Positions 37,901 to 49,900 of a DNA stretch of 64,000 nt are shown in pieces. The translations under genes and the position numbers were made by a program. The stretch spans positions 620,001 to 684,000 of the forward strand of contig NW_025765359.1 in assembly GCF_003918875.1 (NCBI RefSeq), read 5' to 3'. The stretch's first letter is position 1, and every line of letters begins with the position of its first letter. The notes below the pieces were generated by a model. The model saw nothing but the letters and a program-made list of their open reading frames with translations, was not told the DNA's origin and did no database searches. This stretch comes from Haliotis rubra. Lineage: Eukaryota.

Positions 37901-40900
37901 TACATATAAACATGATATAGCCTAGCTTAGAAATACATCTATAATCTGTCTAAACCTGTCTACATGTCTAGAATGTCTAAAGCCTGTCTATACGTGTTGT
38001 CTATTTGTGTTGTCCATAACGTGTCCGAATGTAATCTGTCTAAAACCTCTTTGTATGAGGATATGTTGTTTTAAACATGTTCTGTCCAGAGGTAACATTG
38101 TATTACTGTCTTCTGTTCAGAGGTAACTTTGTGTTACTGTGTTCTGTTCAGAAGTAACTTTGAGTTACTGTGTTCTGTTCAGAAGTAACTTTGTGTTACT
38201 GTGTTCTGTTCAGAAGTAACATTGTGTTACTGTGTTCTGTTCAGAAGTAACATTGTGTTACTGTGTTCCGTTCAGTGGTAACTTTGTGTTACTGTGTTCT
38301 GTCCAGAGGTAACATTGTGTTACTGTCTTCTGTTCAGAGGTAACATTGTGTTACTGTCTTCTGTTCAGAGGTAACATTGTGTTACTGTGTTCTGTTCAGA
38401 AGTAACTTTGAGTTACTGTCTTCTGTTCAGAGGTAACTTTGTGTTACTGTGTTCTGTTCAGAAGTAACTTTGTGTTACTGTGTTCTGTTCAGAGGTAACA
38501 TTGTTGTGTTACTGTCTTCATGTTCTAACCACTGACTTTCTTTACAGAGAACTTCTTCAAAGTGTGTAGACATACCCTTTCACAAACTGTCGGGAATAAT
38601 CTTCCTGTTACTTTGAAAATTTTGTACATTCTCTTTGACACAAAAACAACGCTGATCTCAAAGGACCGACTGCAATGTTTTAATTTGGTCGATAATTCAA
38701 AATGATTAGGAATTTTGTAGCAATCAAACGATCTGGGTTTTTTTGGCTGAGAGCACTGGAATGGTTTGACTGAAGACAACAATGTAGATGTAAAACAAAA
38801 CTGTACTCCAAAATAATCTTGAGGTTCGACACAAAGTGTCGATATCTTAATCTGAGCCAATACTGATAGCATGTAAAAACAATACAATCATATGAAGACA
38901 AATAACTTGAGAGTGGCCTTACCTGTCCGGTAAGCATTTCGGAGATGTGATTTTCAAATATTCACCATCCATCCAGATTAACTTTTGACTTCCAGGGCAT
39001 TTCGGAGATGTGATTTTCAAATATTCACCATCCATCCAGATTAACTTTTGAATTCCATCAAGTTGTTATTGTCCCTGACAGTGCAGGTCTACACACTTTA
39101 ACTATCTACAATCTTTCCTAGTCTTTCTAACCCCTCCTCCAGCCAGACTCTGGCTCAGTCTTACTGTCCTGAGTTGTCTGTAAACTTTCAGATGGGACCT
39201 CCTGGTTCTGTAAGTAACTTACACCATGACCCCCTCACTCACTCACCCAACATCACCCACCCTGCTCATCATGCAACCTTCATCACCCATGCCTCATCAC
39301 CTTCCACATCACCTCTGACCACAAGCTGGAGGGTTGAATGTTAATAATCCAAACAAATAAAGCATGACGTCTTGCTTTTGAATTATTCATATTCAACAGA
39401 AGTTGTTCGTTTTAAGCCTCACTACAGCTATGTGAAGGTTGGGTCAGTGCCAGTGTGAACTGTATAGACCTGATGATAAAGTCTTGGAGTGTTCGATGTT
39501 CATGAAGGTTCTGGTAATAACATTTTATGGTGTGAATAGCGACTTCTTTATTGCCACTTTTGTGACGTATTGGTGCAGATACAAATGCCATATTTATTCA
39601 ACAGTTAATCTAATCATTTGAGTTTATGGTCTGAAAACTGAATAGAATAAAAAAATCTAAAAGTATTTTCTTTGAATGTCTTGATGGTTGGCAGAGAGAT
39701 AAAACAAATTATTAACAAAAGTGTCACTTTGATGCTTTCTTTATTGAAAGATTAAGCATCTGAAACATATATTGATCTAATTGAGATATGGTATTTCAGT
39801 TTTTGTTTTGTATTCAGTAAATAGATAAGTGAACTAAGAAACTAGATATACGTCTGAAGTGGTAGTATCAACTCTGAACCATGTCACATATATATGAAGT
39901 GGCTGGGCATACCATTGCTTGTTATGACCTTGACCTTGCATGAGAAACAGACCTATGGTACACATAGCGCCAGGTTTCGGAAAAAGATGTTTTCTGTGTC
40001 TGGCCAAATCACAGAAACCTGCATAAAAGTTAGTGGACTTGTGAGGGTCGGGTTAGACGGTGCCAAATTCTCTAAAGTGATTCAACTAAAATAATAATAA
40101 CTACCATTCATTAACAGAGACCTATGCAGCACAAAGATCACTTTGAAGAATGAGGCAATACGAAGGTCCATTCCATGTTCCTGGTGTAAATTAGGTTACT
40201 ATCATCCATTAATGCAATACTGTTATCATGTACATTACATACTCCCCCTTTGAAAAATCTGAAATCTGATCTTGAAGAAAAGTGTCATCAGAAAAAGAGA
40301 TTATATATATTTCACATCGTCTTCAAGAATTATTCTGTGAGAAATTTGGATGCTCATCAAAAGAGGCAGACTGTGAATTGATGCTCAGCTGTTTACAACT
40401 GCATCACTTAAGACGGTGCTGTTTCTTCATCGTTTTTGACATATTCCTGTTGTCAGGCCATGCATTTCTAATCCTTGCTGTTCAGTAATGTTCAAGTTCT
40501 TGTTCTTTTAATCATTCAACTGGTATTCTTCACTTTCTGCTGTTTCGGTCAAGAAAGCTCTTCTTTCACATCAAGGCCATTTCTTGCTCTGTCGTGAACA
40601 ATGGTGAAAAACAATCACTTGTGTCTCATTCTTCCTCTACATGAAACATTATATTGATGTTGAACTGATAAGCATCATCCAAAAACTTTAAAATAGCAGC
40701 CTGCCCCGATACCTCCATCAGTTGAGAACATCAACCTATCTGTACCTGCCTGAAACCTACGACTGTAATCTTTGTATCATGGGGAAATTTTATCAGCATC
40801 TTCTTGCATCAGTGTCTTAGCTTAGTCCATGAATCGTCCTTCATGATGAACTTTGATCACTCTATCAATACCTGCCTCAAACCTACAATAGTAATCTTTG

Positions 40901-43900
40901 TATTCTGAGGAAACTTCATCAGTGTCTTCTTGCATCATCATCTTAGCTTAGCCCATGGATCATCCTTCTTGATGAACGTCATATTTTCACCAGTACCTTT
41001 GACCAACTTCAGATCAACCTTCTTCAGTTGGCCAATCTCAGAATGATACATCCCTTCCTAAACCCAGGCCCTCTCCATGTTCTCTCCAGAGGTGCCCTGC
41101 ATCATGGGCAATCCAAACATACATGTTTAATGAAACACTAGCTGTGTTTGATGTTAAACCTGTCAAACACTGAACTTGAACCACAATTATGATTCCATTT
41201 AGAAAATGGTCATATGTAACATATATTATATTTGGGATTACACTTTCTAAGTAAAGTACAGATTCTACTACTTTTGTTGGGTTGAGTCCCATCCGGGATT
41301 TGAACCCACACCCTCAGAGTCAGGTACCTAATCGCCAGCACAAAGGTCAGATGCCTAACCCCCTCAGTGGACGCCATGGTGACTGAGTGGGTTAGGTACC
41401 TGAATCTGAGGGTGTGGGTTCAAACCCAGCATGGGACTCAACCCAACACAAGTACTTGAATCTGTACTTTACTGAGAAAGTGTAACCCCAAATGTAACAT
41501 ATGTTACATTTATGATTGCATGATGTGTTGAATGAGGGATTATATATGGTCCCAGGGATTATGAATCAGGTTAAGCTGTTTCTATAATACATTAATTTTT
41601 GTTTAAAATATTAACTTTTTTGCAATAAACATCTTTCCAACTTAATTTGTACCAAATGCACACAATAGTTAGTGTCTAACTGTTGTTTTCTGGATGAACA
41701 CTGTATTGGTGTTTATTTCTTAATATCAGCTATTAAAACATTCCATGAAGATGTACTTATCAGGTATTAACTCACAGCACTATGTTTATTGACATATATC
41801 CTTTTGGATTTAACACATGTAACCTTTTGGATATAACATTTATAACGAAGGCAATATGACATATTGACATATTTAACATTTATATATAATGCCTATAACA
41901 TTGGGTATATAACATTATAACATTGGGAATATAACATTTATAACATTGGTATATAACATTTATAACATTGGGTATATAACATTTATAACATCAGACTACA
42001 TTTATAAACTGCAGATTAAAACATTTAACCTTGTGGATACATGTATAACATTTATAACACTGGGGATGTATTATGTATAATCTTTAGGATATTACATTTA
42101 TAACCTTTGGGATATAACACACACAATTTCTCTTTTTTCCACATACAATTAATATCAATGTACACATATTAAATATTTATTTCAATGGCTTTCTTGACAG
42201 CTTTTAAGGAGTTAAACATGTTTTATGAAGAAGTGTACATACAACGTTATCAATTACCTTATTAACTTGAAAGACTGTATTCTGTTTCCGGGCCCGGAAA
42301 ATCTTTGTCATAGATAAAGTTATAGAGGTGATGAGAGGAATTATTTGATGTCAGAATTATGAATTAGATTATCAAAAGTTGGTGTACAATTATATGACCA
42401 ATAGACAATGTTAATTGATATGTATGATCTTTGTGTTGAAGGTAGTCTATCCAAATGAGTTTTACTGGTGTTTATAATATGTTGTGTAATACTTGTAGGC
42501 TGGAACTGAGATTCCTCTCGAACCATCAGAGAAGGTGGCTATCAATAACGAGCCAAAGAAGTCGACTGTGGACAACAACAAAAGTGTCAGGAAGGACACG
42601 GGTCTCTACACCATTACTGTTGCCAACAAGCATGGCCAAGATACAGAAACAGTGGAAGTTGTTGTCCTTGGTGAGTGGTAACCTTCACCTAGGGGGGACA
42701 ACTCTGAAATCAGTACACTTTTTGATAAAAAGCAAAGGATACTCAGGGCATAAAAATGATTTGGTAATTTGTCAAATATTGAAGATTATATCACCTCTTC
42801 TTTCTATCTGGATCATATTTTTTGTATTATTATTTTATTATGATATTATCATAACACATTACCTTTACTTATATGTTAATATCCTCGACCCATTTCTCTT
42901 ATCAAAATCTTGGCACATAAGTTTCCTCACTTATGTATGGTCTTTGATTGCATAGGTAATTTTAGCATTGTGGAATTTGAATCAGACAAAAATGAACAAA
43001 ATGGCACCAAAAAATATATATCTGATAAATATACTGAATAATTGAGGATGCACTTCTTCTGATGGCGAATGAAAGGTGCTGTTAATCCTATCTGGTCTAG
43101 TCAATGGGATCCTAAAATCTGAAACCACAAATGCTTTTGTTCTTTAAATATAGAATTTCATCATCGACTGTATTCAAAAGTGTTAAAGTGCAAATCATAC
43201 TTTCATACTATATGAAGATATATGTTTCAACTGTTCTGTTACCCAGGTCCACCATCAAGACCATCTGGTCCACTGGCTGTCAAGGATGTAACCAAGGATA
43301 GCGCCACTTTGAGCTGGAAACCTCCCCCAGACGATGGCGGCAATGATATCACGTGAGTTGAGTACACTCTTGTCAAGAAGAAATAAAAGAATCATTTGAC
43401 ATTTCTATGAACACATCAATGCATAGATTGATTCTCATGATGCAGTCACTGAATTATCTGGTTTGGACTTGATTATTTACAGACTGTTGTCATATACAAC
43501 ACTCGTTATATTTTGAATGACACTTTCTCAGTAAAGTACAGATTCTTGTACTTTTTGGGGTTGAGTTCCATGCAGGATTCGAACCCTCTCAGAGTCAGGC
43601 ACCTAATCGCCAGCACACAAAGTCAGATGCCTAACCCCCTCAGTGGACGCCATGGTGGCTGAGTGGGTTAGGTACCTGAATCTGAGGGTGTGGGTTCAAA
43701 CCCAGCATGGGACTCAACCCAACAAAAGTACTTGAATCTGTACTTTACTGAGAAAATGTAACCCCAAATATAACATATGTTACATTTATGATTGCATGAT
43801 GTGTTGAATGAAGGATTATATATGGTCCCAGGGATTATGAATCAGGTTAAGCTGTTTCTATAATACATTAATTTTTGTTTAAAATATTAACTTTTTTGCA

Positions 43901-46900
43901 ATAAACATCTTTCCAACTTAATTTGTACCAAATGCACACAGTAGTTAGTGTCTAACTGTTGTTTTCTGGATGAACACTGTATTGGTGTTTATTTCTTAAT
44001 ATCAGCTATTAAAACATTCCATGAAGATGTACTTATCAGGTATTAACTCACAGCACTATGTTTATTGACATATATCCTTTTGGATTTAACACATGTAACC
44101 TTTTGGATATAACATTTATAACGAAGGCAATATGACATATTGACATATTTTAACATTTATATATAATGCCTATAACATTGGGTATATAACATTATAACAT
44201 TGGGAATATAACATTTATAACATTGGTATATAACATTTATAACATTGGGTATATAACATTTATAACATCAGACTACATTTATAAACTGCAGATTAAAACA
44301 TTTAACCTTGTGGATACATGTATAACATTTATAACACTGGGGATGTATTATGTATAATCTTTAGGATATTACATTTATAACCTTTGGGATATAACACACA
44401 CAATTTCTCTTTTTTCCACATACAATTAATATCAATGTACACATATTAAATATTTATTTCAATGGCTTTCTTGACAGCTTCTAAGGAGTTAAACATGTTT
44501 TATAAAGAAGTGTACATACAACGTTATCAATTACCTTATTAACTTGAAAGACTGTATTGTTTCCGGGCCGGAAAATCTTTAGATAGATAAAGTTATAGAG
44601 GTGATGAGAGGAATTATTTGATGTCAGAATTATGAATTAGATTATCAAAAGTTGGTGTACAATTATATGACCAATAGACAATGTCAATTGATATGTATGA
44701 TCTTCGTGTTGAAGGTAGTCTATCCAAATGAGTTTTACTGGTGTTTATAATATGTTGTGTAATACTTGTAGGCTGGAACTGAGATTCCTCTCGAACCATC
44801 AGAGAAGGTGGCTATCAATAACGAGCCAAAGAAGTCGACTGTGGACAACAACAAAAGTGTCAGGAAGGACACGGGTCTCTACACCATTACTGTTGCCAAC
44901 AAGCATGGCCAAGATACAGAAACAGTGGAAGTTGTTGTCCTTGGTGAGTGGTAACCTTCACCTAGGGGGGACAACTCTGAAATCAGTACACTTTTTGATA
45001 AAAAGCAAAGGATACTCAGGGCATAAAAATGATTTGGTAATTTGTCAAATATTGAAGATTATATCACCTCTTCTTTCTATCTGGATCATATTTTTTGTAT
45101 TATTATTTTATTATGATATTATCATAACACATTACCTTTACTTATATGTTAATATCCTCGACCCATTTCTCTTATCAAAATCTTGGCACATAAGTTTCCT
45201 CACTTATGTATGGTCTTTGATTGCATAGGTAATTTTAGCATTGTGGAATTTGAATCAGACAAAAAAATGAACAAAATGGCACCAAAAAATATATATCTGA
45301 TAAATATACTGAATAATTGAGGATGCACTTCTTCTGATGGCGAATGAAAGGTGCTGTTAATCCTATCTGGTCTAGTCAATGGGATCCTAAAATCTGAAAC
45401 CACAAATGCTTTTGTTCTTTAAATATAGAATTTCATCATCGACTGTATTCAAAAGTGTTAAAGTGCAAATCATACTTTCATACTATATGAACCGAAGATA
45501 TATGTTTCAACTGTTCTGTTACCCAGGTCCACCATCAAGACCATCTGGTCCATTGGCTGTCAAGGATGTAACCAAGGATAGCGCCACTTTGAGCTGGAAA
45601 CCTCCCCCAGACGATGGCGGCAATGATATCACGTGAGTTGAGTACACTCTTGTCAAGAAGAAATAAAAGAATCATTTGACATTTCTATGAACACATCAAT
45701 GCATAGATTGATTCTCATGATGCAGTCACTGAATTATCTGGTTTGGACTTGATTATTTACAGACTGTTGTCATATCATATACACACACTACAGATTCTTA
45801 TACTTTTTTGAATGACACTTTCTCAGTAAAAGTACAGATTCTTGTACAAAATGGAAGTTTTTGGGGTCAAGAGTTCCATGCAGGCTTCGAACCCTCTCAG
45901 AGTCAGGCACCTAATCGCCAGCACACAAAGTCAGCAATCTAGCCCACTCAGCCACTGCGGCTTATACAAAGTGGAAGTTTGACAAATGGTAGTCAAGACC
46001 ACATACTCTGTGTAGCCCTCATACAAGTGAAAATTGGCGGTTCCAATGGCCAAAGCTATGAATACACAAGGCAGTTTAGAGATATTGCTGATTGAGGCAT
46101 TAAACAACAAACAAAGCCCAAAAATTCATCTAAATGTTTATTTCTGTGCAGCAATTACCGTGTGGAGAAGTTTGACACGAAGAAGGGCAAGTGGGAGAAG
46201 GTTGCGGATGCAGTTGGAAAGAAGTGTGTTGTTCCAAAACTTCAAGAAGGCCATGAGTACAAGTTCCGCGTCATTGCCGAGAACCGCAATGGAGAGTCCG
46301 AACCCCTGGAGACTGAGGATCCCATCACAGCCAAGAATCCATTTGGTATGTGTTTTTAAATGTTAGGGTTTTTATTATATCTTAGATGTTACTATTGCCT
46401 GCATGGAATTTTGTGTCTGCAGGCGAAAATTTGTCCAAGAAATAGAGCGTCTGCCCAGAGCTGGGAAGTTTAGTGTTCTCTTGGCAAGAGATAGTTGAGC
46501 TAGTGTCATGCCTGGTTTTCAGCATTAAGGAGAAGTACTGGTCAGCTTGGGGTCAGTGTAACATGTTTGAAAGGATAGTGTCCAATTGAGCTAGCCGAAG
46601 TTTGCACTGTACAAACGACACACACGTGTATGTGCTCCTGTATCGGTGAAATAGTCTTTGACGTAACATTAAACCGCTTTTCACCTCGAACCTTGTATTT
46701 AATGACACTCTCGCTTTTCTTCCAGATGAACCTCTACCTCCTGGTCAGCCCCAGATCACAGACACTGACCGCAACCACATCGACATGAAGTGGGACCCTC
46801 CAGAGGACGATGGTGGTGCTCCTGTCACCAGCTACGACATCGAGAGGAAAGATCCCAAGTCTGGTCGCTGGGTCAAAATCAACAAGGCTCCAGTGGAGGC

Positions 46901-49900
46901 AAGTGTTATCTGGGGATACAATCTGGCAGCCAGGACATAAAACACGTCTCATGAGAACGTGCATTAGAGATCCGTGATCGAGCAGGCACAACATGACACG
47001 TTATGAAACATCAGTTTGTGAAATAGTCTGTCCAAGTGTGCAAATTAGCATTAAATGTTACTGGCCTTTTCAATTTTCAGAAGTTAGATACGAGGGTACT
47101 TTTCAGAAATTTTAATTTTAATTTCAAAGGTAATAAAGTAACCTGAAATTCTTGAATTTAATCAAATGTTAAGTTTTACTTCATTGAGAAGATATTATCA
47201 ATATCATAGCACTGATCGAATTCTGAATATGAATCTCCAGTTTAGTGTACAATCAAATTGTCAGAGTAGATGACCAAAATACTGCTCCTCACTCACATCT
47301 CAATATGTAACAACGTAAAGAGGGACATTTTAAATGAAGAAAGTTTCAGGAGAATGTCAGGGCTGAGTGAATTAACATGTTTTGTTCACTATAGTACTGA
47401 CAATGTATATATATGTTCATGTCCAGGGCAACACTTACAAAGATGACAAGGTGTCTGAAGGAAAGGAGTACGAGTACCGCGTCATCGCCCACAACGAGGC
47501 TGGAGGCTCTGCACCCAGCCACGCCTCTAAGCCAGCCATTGCCAAGCCTACCAAGGGTTAGTATCAGAAATGGGTGGTGGGGTAGTCTAGTGAAAAAATG
47601 ATGAACCAAAACTTGGTGGGTATCTCAAAATGCAAAAAGTAATTTAATCTTTGAAATATGAATACCTTTTAAGTGAAGTAGTAATGTGCATTATGGATGT
47701 TTCAGTTCTATTATTCTTGGCCAATGTTTTCAGGTATTCTGGAATTTAGTGTTGACGATATTTAACATCCATCCATCTGAATTCTTAAATATGTTGTGCC
47801 ACTACATAATGACCTGTATAAAACACATCCTTACAGAGGCACCCAAGGTGAGTCTGGACAATCTCTTCGGAGCCAAGGAGATCCGTGTCCGTGCTGGAGA
47901 ACCTCTGGACATTGCCCTGGGAATCAAGGGAGCACCTGCCCCAACTGTGGAATGGCTCCGGAATGGAAAGCCTGTTGGAGATAGAGTAAGTGCCCTGCAC
48001 CTGTTTCAAGAAATATGGTTTTGTAACCAGTTCAGATATCTTGTTCTTTGACTGTTTGCTGTGAAGGACTGCAGACATGCTGATAAAGGGATAAAGTGAG
48101 ACAATGACCTCATAATTCTTGCTGCTATAATGATAATAATAATGATCTGGCCCCGATTTCTCGAAACAAACTTAAGTTTTTACTCAAATTTCAAACTGAG
48201 TTTGACAATTTGAAACAGCTGAATTTTTAACTCAACTGCATTTTTTAAATGAAAAAGCCCAAACAACTTAAGTAATCCATCCACCAAACTCAAATTGTCT
48301 AGTATGTTTGAGTTTAATATCAATTTCAGTTCATTCTGCTAAATGCATTTTCTCTATTTGAGTAAAAACTCTAACTTAAGTCAAAACTCAGACTTAAGTT
48401 TCTTTCCAGAAATCGGGGCCTGGTTGTGTAATTTTGACATATTAAAGCTGATACATTTTTTCAAACAATTCTTGTGTATATTATTATAAATGTTTATATT
48501 TTAAAGCAATGGAAATATGTGATCAGAGTGAATAATGAACTTTATGTTTTCAAACTAAATATCAAAATAAATATTAGTTGCATATTAAACAATTTATGAA
48601 GTTATATTATGTTCTTTATCTTTGAAGTTAATACACACTCAATAATTCACAGTATCCATCATTCTGAAGCACTACTATCTTTGTATGCATATTTTCATTT
48701 ATGGGGCGGTGGGGTAGCACCAAAGACCCAGGTCCAATTCCCCCACAATATGTGAAACCCATTTCAGGTGCCCCTAACCATGACATTGCTGGGATATTGC
48801 TAAAGTAGACATAAAACTAAACTCACTCACTCATCTACAGGCAAGAATGACCAACAATGAAACTGAGGCCAAGCTGAACATTCCCCGTTCCGAGCGTGGT
48901 GACACCGGCAAGTACAGCATCAAGGTGAAGAACGCCCATGGAGAGGACGTCGCGGATGTCAACGTTGTTGTCCTGGACAAGCCAGCTGCACCTGACGGAC
49001 CTCTGGATGTTGCTGAGGTCACTGCTGAAACCTGCAGGCTGAAGTGGAAGCCACCAACAGACAACGGAGGCGCTGAGGTCACAGGTGGGTGCAGATATTG
49101 AACAGACTCAATCTTATCATGGAGAAATGTGTTTGGGCCAATATGCATGGAATATTGCCGTATATTACCGTAGATAAACCAGAATTTTGAGGACCATAAA
49201 TGCAGGGGTCGGCTTATCTATGGAACATACCATTTTGAGACTGATTTTAAGGGTCAAGTTATGGGGTTGGCTTATCTATGAGATCGGCTTATCTACGGTA
49301 ATATACGGTAATTGTTTGATCACTATTCTAGAAGTTGGTGAGTCAAAAAATGAAACATGCAACTTTATTGATGACAGTTTCTTGTTTATTGCATAGAGTG
49401 ACGTTTTGATATAAGAATAACGGTGTAAGAATGTACATCCCTCCTTCTCCCGCAGGGTACGTCATCGAGAAGTGTGAGGAGGGTAGCACTCTGTGGGAGA
49501 AAGTGCCCGGACTGCCTACAGGAACATCTCACCTGGTCAAGGGGCTCAAGGAGGGAAAGACATACCAGTTCCGTGTCAAGGCTGAGAACATCTATGGCAC
49601 TGGAGAACCTCTGGTTGGAAATAAGGTTCTTGCCAAGAATCCATTTGGTATGATACATATTGTTACCATTTTGATCATTATTTGGCCTTTTATGCGAAAC
49701 TGAATCTGTTTCGACAGAAAACCGAGACTGTTTATAAATACTCTGGTGTTGACATTTTGTATTTGCATTTTGCAAGGGAAAGATATTACCATTACTTTAT
49801 ATCTTCAAATAAATACAGGCTCTCATCACTGAATGCATAGTAAAATTTTGACATTACCTTTCTATCAATATGCAAAATAACAACTTAATCCAAGATTTTA

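Larger units (their letters stand above)
41351..45934 (+). repeat. tandem segmental duplication, two ~2.3-kb copies (41351-43626, 43627-45934) containing two twitchin exons
   Basis: near-identical sequence at offset ~2273-2280 with scattered SNPs and indels. Confidence 0.95.

Noticed and set aside
38078-38520. CRISPR-like array (also 7005-7460 and 36028-36280)
   Set aside because: Units are contiguous without unique spacers, the context is a eukaryotic intron and there are no cas genes; these are minisatellites
42455-42955. 166-aa ORF (duplicated at 44728-45228)
   Set aside because: Wrong frame across the real Ig13 exon, running into AT-rich intron
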